Assembly (NCBI RefSeq): GCF_036321535.1
Contig: NC_087437.1
Coordinates: 118,670,001 to 118,734,000 of the forward strand
Reading direction: 5' to 3'
DNA from: Camelus dromedarius
Lineage: Eukaryota
Length of the DNA: 64,000 bases
How positions within the stretch are numbered: position 1 is the stretch's first letter; the number at the start of each line of letters is the position of its first letter. Shown one piece after another: positions 1 through 12,260 of the stretch. The translations under genes were made by a program, and so were the position numbers. The notes under the pieces were generated by a model that ran no database searches, was not told where the DNA came from, and saw nothing but the letters and a program-made list of their open reading frames with translations.

Positions 1-49
1 CTTATATATAAAATGATTAGATATAAATCTTTTTCAGATTCTTTTCCAT

Positions 50-135
50 ATATATGTATAACTGAATCATTTGGCTGTACATCTGAAACTAGCACAACAT
101 TGTAAATCAACTACACTTCAATTTAAATAAATTTT
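50..135 (+). mobile_element. L1 3' end fragment
   Basis: tgtataactgaatca..gctgtacatctgaaactagcacaacattgtaaatcaactac, a typical laurasiatherian L1 tail. Confidence 0.8.
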
Positions 136-1223
136 TTTAAAGAAAAGAAGGATTAAGAAAAGAAAGAGAGATCAAAGTCTGGAAAGAAATGCACCAAAAA
201 GTTGAAGAAGCTATCTCCAAAAGAACTACAGGGGACAAAATATTCTTGTAAAGATCTCTGCTTTCTAAATATATATTTTTATAGTGAGAAAAAACTATTG
301 AAAAAGAACCGTGCCCATCATTTCCTTCCTGTTCCACACTTGACCCAGTTCTCATTTCGTTCTCCCTCTGGGTAGACGGCACCCCGCCCACCCACAGCTT
401 GAGAGGGAAACCTGAGTTGTGTCCTGCCCCCTTTCCTTCATTCCCTACACCAAACTGCTTTTGGTCCTCCCTCCCGCAGAGCTCCAATCCCCCCACCCTC
501 ACTAGGGTTGTTACAGGGAGCTGCCTTCTGGGCTGCTGAGTTGGTGCCCTAATCCATCTCCTAGCCCTCAGCGGCTCCCATCCGGAAACCACCTCCCCTG
601 GGGGTTGTACCACTCCCAGCTTAAACACTTCCATGGCTCGTGGCAGCCACAAGAGAAAAGTACAAATGCAAGCACTCAAGGCCAGCCTAGTCTGACCTGA
701 ATCCACCTCTTCCACGACATACCTGCCACTCTCCGGTCCCTGGAACAACCGTCAGATGGCGTAATAACTGGCACACAACAGACTCCCAACAACCAGAACA
801 CACACTGGCGGTGCCGGTTGCCGCGGGCTGATCCAGCAGGTGTTCAGTCAATGCGGCTTGAGCGCCTGAAGTACGGAGGACAGTGACTGTGCCTGGAGCT
901 CAGTTCCAGACAGTTCTAAGTCACGCTAGCATGACGATGATTTGTGTTGGCTGTGGAGTGTGAATGAGCAGGAACCTCAGATGCCTCCACAGTAACCATG
1001 ACAACATCCAGATCGTGTTCTGATTGTTTAAGTAGCGTTAGGGTCAGGACGTACTCATGTTTCATGTTCTCTCTGCGCTTTCGCTAATTTCCTTGGATCC
1101 TTCTGACCGCCTCATCAGACGGCTGGAGCAGAGGGCATCCCTGTGTTACAGGAAGCAGAAGTCTGTTGGGTCAGTGCTTTATTTGGATTCTTTTCCAGGG
1201 AGGCTGTTCAAGTTCACACTCCA

Positions 1224-1350
1224 GGGGGGAGCACATGCTTAGCATGCACGAGGTCCTGGGTTCAATTCCCAGTACTGCCATTTAAAATTAATAAATAATA
1301 TAAATATTAAATAAATAATTAAATCTAATTACCTGCCCCCACCCCCAATA
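1224..1350 (+). mobile_element. tRNA-Ala-derived SINE (camelid Vic-1-like), 5' deleted
   Basis: atgcttagcatgcacgaggtcctgggttcaattcccagtac, then an AT-rich tail and ctaattacct-C-run. Confidence 0.85.
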
Positions 1351-1836
1351 CAGATTTTTTTTTAATTCAAAAAGACAAAAAACAAAAACATATTCCCGCT
1401 CCACTCAAGAGTGGGTGAAATTGGTCACCTGACTCGCATTAGTGTTATTATTTGTTAAATCCTTGCTAACTATAGAGACATCTGTGTTTGGAAGATTAAC
1501 TTTTTTCTCTTCTGTGTATCGTGTATTTTGTGAAACATCGCTTCATTTTTTTCGGTCCATTTTCCACCAGGGTTTCAAGTTTCCTCTGCCATCAGAGAAC
1601 TGGCACTTTAATGGGTCAGCTGAACTCTGTGCATCTTTGAGGAAAAACATTCAAGTTGAAAGTCACGCCCGTGGCCCAGAACTCCAAACCCTGAAAGAAG
1701 GGCTGTGTTCTCATCATCGATACCCTGTTTATTGATTGCATTTCATTCCCTGGAAACATAGGGACTGTAAGCAGCACTTTGCAAGAAACCACCCCAGCAG
1801 GAAACCCCTTTTCTTGTCCCATTAGCAAAGCTATAT

Positions 1837-2299
1837 TGTAACTAACCTTAAACTGGGGACCCCCAGGCCCTACTCACCAAATCACACAATACCTTGCCTA
1901 ACCTGTTGGTCTTTCTGAAGATCAAAGAAATAGAAATGATGATTAAGCACTTAACAAATGACCAGATCTCTTCCCTAGCTTCCCCTTTGGTAATCTCACT
2001 AACAAACTGTGTGAACGAGATAGCATCTCTAAAGAAAATTCACAGAGAATTGACAGCCTTGCACGCCTTCCGGGGAAGAGGGGCTGCTGACTCTGACCCC
2101 ATCTCAGTGATGACTTCCCTTTTCCCTTTAAAAACTTCCACGGCTGAGCAGGATATTCGGAGATGGTTTTGGGGACATAAGCCCACCATCTCCCCAGATT
2201 GCTGGCATTCTGGTTAGAAGTGATTTTCCTTTCTATCAACACTGCCTCTTTGCTTCTTGATTTAAAAAGCGGTGAGCAGCCCTTCTACTTTCGGTATCA
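1837..2299 (+). mobile_element. ERV1-like solo LTR
   Basis: TG..CA ends (tgtaactaacc ... ttcggtatca) and LTR-like internal sequence; no clear TSD. Confidence 0.65.
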
Positions 2300-2537
2300 G
2301 GACCACTGCAATGGAGGAAGAAGAAGATGAAACACTGGCCTGGATGAGAGTCAGGAAACTCACATCCCAGTCGTGCTGGCCTCACTGAGGAGGGAGGGAG
2401 GTGGACTCAGAGCAAAAGTTTTCAAACTCCTCTCTCATTCCTCACTCACAGGCCCTCGTGCTGGGTCTCATGTTGGCCCCAGACACTGTCTTGCTCCCAG
2501 GAGTTTGTAGATTCTTTGCACAGAATTCTCTAGGTCT

Positions 2538-2680
2538 GGGCTTCTCAAAGTAATGTCCACATGCATCACCTAGGATCTTGTTAAAATGCATGCTCTGTTC
2601 TGTAGGACTGGAATGGGGCCCTCAACAAGCTCCCAGTGATACAGTGTTGCCCCACGGGGCTCCTGAAGTAGCAAGGCCTA
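2538..2680. mobile_element. hAT MER5-like fragment
   Basis: cttctcaaag..catcacctaggatcttgttaaaatgca..aacaagctcccagtgat. Confidence 0.6.
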
Positions 2681-3611
2681 GATGACTCCCCCTCTCCAAG
2701 TCCCACCTTCAGTAAACACCCTCTCATCCTTCAGGCCCCAGCCAGCCAGCCTCACCTCCTTCTGGAAGCCCTCCAGGTCTCCCCAAGATGGGCTGAAACC
2801 AAGCACCCCCTGTGATGATGTTAACTAGCTTGGCCCAGGTCCCAGCCTGACTGTCACCTGCCAGGGAGCAGGCAGTGGGTTCGGCTGCTGTGGACTTGGG
2901 GAAGATAGTAACATTTCTGGATCTATGAATACATGGTTGCTTGCTTTTATTTCTCGATGCCTTTTACAATCTCATTAAAGCATTTTGAATCCTCAAACAG
3001 TAAAAATCATAAACGTCCTAGGTGTGCTGTGTTGAGATCCATTTCTGTACCTACGCTTGGCAAAAACTGTCGTTTTCACTCTTGGAGAGCTGCTGTGGGC
3101 CTCCCGGGAGCCCACCTGTACCCCCGGCCCCTTCCAGGTGCCCGGTCCTGCCCGCCCAGCTGTGGACCTAGCAGGGAGAGTGCTTTGAACTCCAGGAGGG
3201 AGAAGGCCATGTGCATGGGCCGCACATGTGGCGGCCTGGGTGGCTTGCCGCCTGATTCCTGACATGGGCAGCCTTTCCTCAGTTATCAGCCAGGCCTGTG
3301 CGTCCCTCGTCTTATAAAACGAACTCACATGCTGAGCCTCAGGCCTGCTCTTCATAAGGTTTTCGTGGAGCAGTTACGTGACCAGATGTGGGCAGGGGCC
3401 CCTGACAGTCCCCTCCCCACAAGATGCAGATGCTAGCAGCCACCTGACCACTCAAGCTCAGACGTGCCATTGCTCACTGTCTGTCCCAGCACCCGGCCTG
3501 TTGCCGGACAGATGGTAGTAACTCAACTGGTGTTCTTTCACTGAATGAATGAATGAATGAATGAATGCATTTGCTAAGCTGAGCTCTTAGAAGAAACAGG
3601 AGATCCTTATG

Positions 3612-3727
3612 AAAATGAATATATGTATGTTCATCTATGACTGAGGCATTGTGCTGTACACCAGAAACTGACACAGGATTGTAAACTAATTATATACGTC
3701 AATAAAAATGTATATATACAAAAAAAG
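3612..3727 (+). mobile_element. L1 3' end fragment
   Basis: atgactgaggcattgtgctgtacaccagaaactgacaca..aataaaaa followed by an A tail. Confidence 0.8.
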
Positions 3728-3732
3728 GTAGC

Positions 3733-3885
3733 AATAAAGCAAGTCACACACATTGTTTTGGTTTCCTAGTGCATACAAAAGTTTACACTATGCTGTAGCC
3801 TAGTAAGTGTACGAAAGCATTATGTCTAAAAAAGTACATACCTTAATTTTTTAAAAACTTCTTTATTGCTAAAAAATACTAACCA
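3733..3885. mobile_element. Tigger1-like DNA transposon fragment
   Basis: ttttggtttcctagtgcatacaaaag..gcattatgtctaaaaaagtacataccttaatt..ctttattgctaaaaa. Confidence 0.7.
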
Positions 3886-4666
3886 CGAAAAAAAAAAGAA
3901 AAAGAAAAAGAAGAAATAAGAGGTGTTAACAGAAGCAGTTTCTTTGAAAAAGAGTGAATCTGAGCAACAGCCCCCCCCGCCCCAGGGTCAGCAGGACTGA
4001 GGCTTCCCTCTTGAGGCTTCCTTTACTGCAGAAACTCCAAGTAGCTTTTTTAAAAGAAGGTAAATACACAGTGAATCAACTCATCAGAAGGAGAGGAAGA
4101 AGGAAGAGGCGTTCCCTTCAGTTACCATTAAAACAAACCTGATGCTTATCTGTTTGCTCACTCATTAATCCAGTCATTGAACAAACACTGGGAGAGTGAT
4201 GGCTGAGACCCAGGGCCTGGCCAAAGCCTCAGGGACTCCACTGTGCACGCGTCGGAGAGCCTGTCCTCACAGAACTTGGAGCCTGGTGGAGAGGGGACTC
4301 CATGCCACGTAATAAGCAAGTTAACAAGAAAATGCCTAAAATCCTGCCAGAGGAGGGGGTCTCCCTGCTACAGGGAACGGCAGGGGAGGAGGAGAGCGCT
4401 ATGGGGAGGTGGAGGTGACAGTTATCACTGCCCGCCACCCCATCACCACAGTCCGTTCCCACAAACCTCCCCACCACCCCAGGATGCTGATAAAAAAAAA
4501 AATGTTCACATTTTGAGATATGGGGAAGGCATTCTGGCTTATACATGAGTTCACTCGAATTTGATGCTGACTAAAACAGCATGTGTGTGACCTATCAAAC
4601 ATACACTGTCCATCTGCTTTAATTATTAAAGAAAAGGGCACATTGACCAGAAGTAAAGAAGGTCCA

Positions 4667-4930
4667 TGTTAAAAATGATGATAAAATGCCCCTCTTCCCA
4701 GGATGCCAGTGCTGGTCCTCCTTTGATGACAAGACTCCCTTTCCAGGTGCCAAGGCCACACTGACTTGCTGTGTCTGTGCTGGTCTGTTTTTCTGTTCTG
4801 ACAAGGCATAGTCCTGTGCTGGAAACCTGCTTCTCCCGAGCAATTTCCCTTTGGAATCTGGGAAGTGGGCTTCTGAGCTAGTCCTCAGATTGGCTCAAAT
4901 AAAACTCTTTTCTAATCTTATTATTGAAAG
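4667..4930 (+). mobile_element. LTR fragment
   Basis: LTR-like 3' motif gtcctcagattggctcaaataaaactc; boundaries uncertain. Confidence 0.45.
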
Positions 4931-5279
4931 AAACCAGACCACCCCAGGGTCTTCATCTGGGAGGTTCAGAGGACCTCCTAAGGTCCTGGTCACCTTGACA
5001 CACCACAGCTCTGATTGCTTGTTGTCTAGATGCAGATGGTGAATTGCTATTTAATAAACTGACTCTGTTAATAAGTGCTTGCAGAGGAAAGACGCACTGG
5101 TGACCTGGCGGTGCTCTCAACCTTTCATGTGAACTGGGGACCTTGTGAAATGAAGAGCCCACTTAGGGTGGGCAAGTCTGAAGTTCTAACAAGCTTCCAG
5201 GTGGTGCAGGTCCTGGAATCACACCCTGAGCATCAAATACCATGGTAGCCTCTCTCTCACCATCCTTTATTATCAGATT

Positions 5280-5472
5280 CAGTGCTTCTCAACTAGGAGC
5301 AGTTTTGCCTCCCAAGGAGATATTTGTGGTGGTCACAGCTGGGGCATTGCCACTGGCCATAGTGGACAGAGAACAGGGATGTTGCCAACCATCCCACCAG
5401 GAACAGGACAGCCCCCGCAGCAAAGACTGATCTGGCCCCAAACATCAACGATTTTCAGGCTGAAAAACCCTA
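5280..5472. mobile_element. hAT MER20-like element
   Basis: cagtgcttctcaact..ttttgcctcccaagg..caggacagccccc..gctgaaaaaccct. Confidence 0.75.
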
Positions 5473-5727
5473 CGTACTCAGTAGGATCTAAGTCTGTCTA
5501 CATACTGGAGTCACCAGAGTTCTAAAAATGGCAGTTCCTGGGCTGTCTCTGGACAATGACATCAGAATCTCAGGGGTGAGGACTTGGTTCTGTACTTTTC
5601 AGATGTGCCCTGTGATCCAGTGTGGGTCCCCAGCTGAGACCCAGCGGCCTCCAGCAGCGCTGGCTGTGACGGTGGATATCGTGCGCTGAGCAAGAGGGCT
5701 GGTATTTGGGTACTTTTACATTCCTTA

Positions 5728-6226
5728 TGTGAATTAAAAATATTGCAGCCGTATCAGTGAACAAAGGACGCTGAGGCCATCAGGTCATCAGCCACTACCG
5801 CCACCCGGACAGTGAGCAGGAACTCAGGACTCAGACAAGCAGGCAGCCCCGCCTCTGCAGCCACCCCCAGCGGTGCCCCCTGAGGGGGCTCAGGATGTGG
5901 AAGGACAGGACACGGGCCCTGGGCAGCTGAGGTGCACATCAAAGGAGTGATTTCAGTGGCCCAGACCTTTGCACCTTCTCATACATAGAAAAGTGCTAAA
6001 TTCCTTAACTTGAGATGTCTGGTTTTCTTGAATTAGCAGTAACCTTTTAATGATCTGACTACCTGGTCTTTGCCGCAAAAACTCCTATATATGCTTCCTC
6101 CTCCCTTGCCTCTTTGGAGCCATCCCTCAGAGCGATCTGAGAGGCTGCCTCCCAGGCTGGAGTCCTCAGAAAGTCCGTAAAATAAAACATAACTCTCAAC
6201 TTATAGTGCGTTTATTTTCATCAACA
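5728..6226 (+). mobile_element. ERV1-like solo LTR
   Basis: TG..CA ends, cctatatat TATA, AATAAA near the 3' end; 4-bp TSD ctta/cgta with one mismatch. Confidence 0.75.
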
Positions 6227-7499
6227 CGTAAGAGTGGCTAGCGTACATTTTTTTCTAACACCTGCTGACAGGTGTGGAGCAGCCTGAGGACAAACCACTT
6301 TTTGTCGTCTGCTTAGTATGAGGGCCTCCCTCTGCCTACAGAGGAGGGGGGTTCCAAGTCCACCCTGGTGCACGGGAGAGCAGCCCGGGGCTCCCTTCTG
6401 CTCCCTTTCCAGAAAAGCCATTTGACATTACCTTTGTCATTACTGGCTTCAAACACCACAGGGACAACTTCATATTTCATAAAGATGAAGTGCAGACTCC
6501 CCCTGAAGTTGTCCAGGCCTCTGGTAGGAGCCAAAAGCATTGTAGAATGCACCAAATGTCATTCCAAAAATACCTGCTTATTATTACTCCTGGTTGAATC
6601 CAGTTTGAGGGCCTTGAAGATCAGGCCTTCAGAGAGAGAAGGTTTATATGTCACTTACAGATACGGAAGCCCTGCCCCTGACAAGCACTTAAGCCGGTCC
6701 CCAATGTCTTTATCTGCAAGATAAGGGCTTGGAGAACAGGCTCCCTGGAAGAGGCCTCCTTCCAGCTCCTGGAAGGTCACGTAACCCTAGGCTTGCTTGG
6801 CCACTGCTGTTAGAGTACCATTCCACACTTACTTAATTCCTGAGTGCTTCCTGGGTACCCCACCTGTGCTGGGCATGGGGACACAGAGAAAACACACAAT
6901 TCCTGCCTTCCAGCAATCTCCAGGCCAGCAGGTGGGAGAGCGAGGCAAAGACGTCATGAACCCCACTTTACAACAGATACAGGGAAGTATTGGAGTGGGG
7001 CACGATAAGGAGAATGAGGGGAGGGTGGGAAGCAGTTTCACAGAAACACTTTAATATGGAAATTATTTCTAAAGTACTTCAACTAGGGCTCCTTCCTCCC
7101 CTCCCCTCCCCTTTCTTTTCCCTCCTTCCCTCCCTTCCTCCCTTCCTTCCTTTCTCTCTTTCTCTCTCTACCATGAAGCAAGGTTATGAAGGGACTGGGG
7201 ACAGCAGCGGGGAAGCCTAGCCCCGACTTGAAAAATAGGCCAGCGGGCAGCCAGGGCGCTAAACGGGGGGCTTCCTGGCAGAGGTGGCTCACAGGCTACC
7301 CCAAAGCAGGCCATTTCCCGTGTCCAGCCCTTTTACACACTCCAGGGCAGCCTCTGGAAGCTGCCCTGAGAATCACTGGGCGCTTCCATTGGTTGAACAA
7401 TTCCAGCAAGCAGAACCCCAGGAAGGCTGAGGCAGTGGAGGGGGCCACGGGGCAGGGCTGTCTTAAGAAGGCGGCTGTGGGCTCCTTGTGCCTTCCTGG

Positions 7500-8460
7500 G
7501 GTCGACCCAGCAGGAAAGATGGTGATGGGCCCAAGGGGGCACGTGGAGGGGGCACGTGATGGGGCAGGAAAGGCAGTGATGGAGCCGAGGGTTGAACACG
7601 TGGTGGGGGGTGTGGGGGTTGGGGGCAAGAAAGGTTGGAGGGAACCAAACACCACACTCACACGCATGTGCGACGTGGGAAAGGCTGTGTAGAGCTGACT
7701 CGCTTCACCTGGGGTCCACCAGGGGGGAAAGCCCGCGTCAATTAGAGGTGCCACCCCAGTGCGGCGGGAGAGGCGGTGTAGACCAGGCCACACGTGCGCT
7801 GGCTCCGGCGGGGATGGCGCGGGCGCGGTGGCACCGACTGCTCCCCGTGCGGCGACACCGGCAGCGGCCACAGGGTGGGAGGGCGCTGCTCCAGGGCGGG
7901 ATCTGGGCGGGATCTGCACGGGGTCTGAGCCTTCCGTCAGCAGAGATAGGGGCCTGGGCGGGACCCGGTCAGGGGCAAAGTCTTGGTCAGAGCGGGACGC
8001 GTGGCGGGGCCGAGACCGGGATCGGGATCAGGAAGGGCAGGCAGGGACCTGGGTCCGGTCAGGGCGGAGTCTGGGTCTGGTCGGGGTTGGGTCCAGATGG
8101 GACTGCGGAGTTGGGGTCGGGGTCCGGGCCTGGCCTGGCCGGGTGGGTTGGGACGCAGACCGCCAGGAAGGCAGGCGGAAACCCTTAGGGTCTGAGGGGC
8201 CCGCCAAGGGGTCTTGGACGAGCCTGAGGGTTGCCGGTCGGAGCACTTCACATCGGGGATGCCCTGCAGGGGTCGGACTTCCAGCCCCGGGCCCTTCTCA
8301 GCGGGTGGGAGACCTGCGCCCCACTCCGCGCTCGCCCCCTGAGGCGCCTTGAGCGTGAACACCCAGCCCTGACCCACGACATCCTGGCTGGCCGCCACCT
8401 GCGCCCCCGACCCCACCTGGGGGTGGAGGGCGAGCACGTCGGGATCAGAGCCCCTGCAAA
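7500..8460. promoter_or_regulatory. CpG island / promoter-like region, gene unassigned
   Basis: High GC and CpG density, G-skewed + strand, several GGGCGG boxes, 4x CACGTG. Confidence 0.7.
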
Positions 8461-10013
8461 CCCCTACTGTTCTCTGAAAGCCTTGGCAGACATGAGGGTT
8501 TGGGTGAAGTGGCGTTGTGACCCCCCTCCACACACACACACACATTGGCTCATACCCTAGACCCCCCGGCTGCCAAGGGAAAGAATTAGAAGGTCTGGGT
8601 CAGTCTGATCCAACTTCCTTGCTCTTCCTCCTGAAAATTTCAGCCATTGAAGTCAGCAAAAATCGTTTTAGAAAGTGAAAACCAGCAGCAAAGTCAAGGA
8701 GTTTGGGGGTTGGGTTTTAGGTTTTGTTTCTCACCCATCTTGGATTCCCGGTGAGGTGCGTATGTAAAGCGGTGACCTGGTGAGCAGATGGCAGAAGGAC
8801 GAGGAGGGAGAGACGGGGTGTAGAGGTCACGCAGTCTGGGAGGTCAGTGGGCCCAGGTATACTTCTACACTTTGAGGACCTGGTGACCTTGGCTTGGATA
8901 CATCTTTATGAAAGGGGGTGTGACACTCCAGGAACCTAGGAGCCCCGACTGCAGGGTCTGGGACCTGGGAGACCCAGGGTCTAGCTGAGTGTCTGTGGGC
9001 TACTATTGTACCCCTAGCGAGTCCTAACTCCCCACTTCAGCTGCCTCCCTCCTTCTACGAGAGGGGTGACCAGGGATCTGGCATTGAGCACAGGATTCTA
9101 CACTGCTCGGGGTAGCATACAGCTTTGTCCACACCCAGGACTAGCCAATTAGATGACCCTGAAAAGCATAGTACTGATTGGCCAAAACCTCATTTCAAGT
9201 CTCCAAATGGACCCTCCCTTCCAGCAAAGGAGCAACAGTTTCTCCAGACTCCTCTCGGAGTGCTTCTCTCACTTCCGTATCTGTCACTGGAGTTCATGAA
9301 AAGCGGGTGCTTTTCTCCCCACAAATGAGTCACCTGTGAAGCGTGAATTCTGCCTCAGTGTCTCCCTGTCTCGCTGTGCTGGCCACGTCAGCATGATGAT
9401 GCCGGAAACACGGAGGAAAACATTTTAGACTTCAGGACAAAAATATCCACATTCACAATTACAAGGGTCAAAGCGTGGGCTTTTCCCAACATCCTAACTA
9501 TTTCAAGGTGGATCTCTGCAGCTAAGGGTGTGACCCAGCACTCGGTTTCTGCAGGCAAAGCCTTCCCCAGTGAAAAGTCCAAGGGCATCACGGATCATGT
9601 GCACAAATGCATCTGGCGCCTTCAGGGAGACTGTCCGAGAAACAGTGTGCAGTAACAGCTTGACAGACAGAAACAGCCAAGCCAGAGACAAGTTCAGACG
9701 CTTGGAAGCGCTGCTCTGGCCACTCGCCCACCAGTCCTTCTAGGGAAACGACCCGTGGGCACAAGTCAGCGTGGGACCTCCACATGTGCACTACCACCCA
9801 CCCGGGTCGAGACCCAGAACACAGGGAACCAGCCCAGAATGGCAGCTGAAGGGAGGGCGGAAGGGTTAGCTTGCACTCTTGGGTCACCTTTTGCAACTTC
9901 TCTGGCCCGCTTCAGACCCGGGAGATGTCTGTGCCTTCTGCCCAGCCAGAGTTCACAGGCCCTGGTGTCTTCTCCTCCCCACCTGTTCTAGACCAGGAAA
10001 CTGCTGACGGAGT

Positions 10014-10749
10014 TGTTGCCAAAACACAGCCTCTGGACCCCGCTTACTAAGGACTCGAGGACAGAGTTTTGGATGGAGTAGGGAAGGCAGCTTTATTTCC
10101 TTGCCAGGCAAAGGAGGTCGGTGAGTGCCCTAAGACCCTGAGTCTGCCGGGTAGAGAAGGAAGGGGGGTTACAGTAAGAGTTCAAGAGGCAGCGCCGGTT
10201 TCCATAGAGATCATGTACCGGGTAACAACTTGCTGCGAAGTTGATCCGGTTTTTGCAGGCGCAGGGGTCCCCTTCCTTGTGCGGGGTATGATGTTCACCT
10301 CCAGCTTTGGGACTCTTCTAATACTCTTGTGCTTAGAACAAAAGTGCTCAGGAAAACAATCTGTGGAAAAATGCTCTAGAAAAAAGTGTGTGCAGTTTAA
10401 AGTCAGGTTGATGAATGCTTCTGGCATTTTAGGCAGGCTGAGGCCTGAGCCCTCTTGCTGCAGTGTCTGCACAGGCCAGGACGACAGAATACAAAGAAAC
10501 CATCAGGAGCTAAAAATAACTGCAGACACGCACAGTTGGGGAGCAAAAGGCGAAGAACACCCAACTGCTGTCTCTGAGGCGCCAAGAGCAAAATGAGGGG
10601 GGTTGGGCAGGTCACCCGAGTTCCCCCCTCCTCTCCAGCCCAATCCTGGTCAGCAGAAGCATGAGAAGAAACTTTTAAATTATTACACAGTTAAGCAGTT
10701 ATAAATACCATATGGGCCACCGATGACAATAGGGTCCTGTTCAGTTACA
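10014..10749 (-). mobile_element. ERV LTR (minus), apparently with a nested LTR fragment at ~10420-10620
   Basis: TG..CA ends, minus-strand AATAAA, flanks gagt/aagt; internal caggagctaaaaataactgca..cagttgggg block resembles another cetartiodactyl LTR. Confidence 0.6.
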
Positions 10750-11057
10750 AAGTTAGGATTCAGGAAGAGGGTTGAAATTTTTCACCCAAGAGGTACGCTT
10801 CCAGCCTCAGGCTTCTTCCCGCTCCCTCCCTCGTCTCGCTCCAAAGCAGTTAGATGTTCTGCTAGCCATCACCCAGGATCCCTGACACCAGCGCCCCAGT
10901 GTCACCAGGGCCTCCCCAAGGCAACGTACAACCCCATGCACAGAGGCTTTAAGGTCACTGTACGAACTCCATCAGCCCCTCTCGGTTGCCAAGAGTTTTG
11001 CATTGGTTGTGCTCCTGTCTGCAGGTTGGTCCTCCCTAGGACCCTAGGGTGCTGCTT

Positions 11058-11579
11058 TGTTGCAGCTAAGTGTATTACAGCTCAGTGTTACAGCTCAGTT
11101 GTGACAGCAACCTGAATCCAGGCAAGAGACCAAGCAGCACTCGGAGGGTTGGAGAACCCAAGTTTATTACGCCGGCAGGCCCAGCGGAGTTAACTCTAAG
11201 CTCTGGACCCAGTCTGTAGGTTTACACAGGCTTTTATAGGCTGCCAGTCTAGACTTTGCAACATCAGATGCAAATAAGGTGTAATAAAGTTGACTATTTA
11301 GGAATGAGCTTTGTAGAAATGGACCAATCAGGAGTGATAGAAATGGGCCAATCAGGAGTGAGCTCCATGCAAATGAGGTGCTACAAATGGACTAATCAGG
11401 AGTTAGCTCAGGGAACCAATAGAATCATAGGGATAAGTTTTGCTTTCCTAGAAGTGAGCCATTTCAGAGGCAAAAAGCGAGATAATGCCGTCGGGCCAGG
11501 GAACTGGGTGGTGCTGGCAGGAGAGTAGTGGCCCTGCCTGGGGGTCCTGCTGGTCTTTTTCATGGGGCTTCCCACCTCA
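11058..11579 (-). mobile_element. ERV1-like solo LTR, young
   Basis: TG..CA ends, perfect 4-bp TSD gctt, minus-strand TATAAAA (~11232-11238) and AATAAA (11163-11168). Confidence 0.9.
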
Positions 11580-12260
11580 GCTTCACTGTTCATAACTTTC
11601 ACCAAGGTGAGCTGCTCAAGACCCAGGTCTTTGTCAGTTTTGTTCCCTGATGCATCTTTGGGGCTCCAACAGTGTCTGGCATCTAGTAGGTGCTTAATAA
11701 ACATTTAGCTCATTGAATTGGATTGAACTAAGGCCTGTACCTCAGCAGAGCTGCTCCATTTGGGCTTCTGGCTCCTCAAAAGGTGGACACTTCATCCCCC
11801 AAGACTGGAAGAGCTCTGAAAGGTCAGCCCTTCCACAATCCAGTGGCCTTCCCAAGATGTGTCCCAGGGCGTGGAGAGCCTTTGCTGTCCTTACAGTTGG
11901 CCAGCTGACCAGGATTCTGAACTTCACCCCCAACTCAGAAGAGTCTCTGCTGCCTCCAAGCCTTACAGGACGAGGGTGGCGTGCACAAATAATGAAACGT
12001 CCGAGTGCCTACTAGCTGCAGCTTGTCCCTGCTGGTACATCCCATGCCTTAGCTCATGTAATCTCAGCAGCTCTGAAAATAATGTCATTCTTCCCATTTC
12101 ACAGATGCAAAATAAAACCTGGAGGTTCAAGGGTATTAAATAAGTTGCTCCACATCCACTAGTACAGTGTGGAACATTGACCAAAACCCCAGCTGTCTGA
12201 CTCGAATCCAGCTTTCATTTCTAAAGGGTCTGCCCAGTATTTTAGTCACACAGTCTAAAG

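Noticed and set aside
137..748. 203-aa minus-strand ORF
   Set aside because: Non-ATG start, runs into AT-rich repeat-like sequence, no recognisable homology
7186..8560. Several overlapping ~200-aa ORFs on both strands
   Set aside because: Expected in GC-rich sequence; low complexity and no recognisable domain
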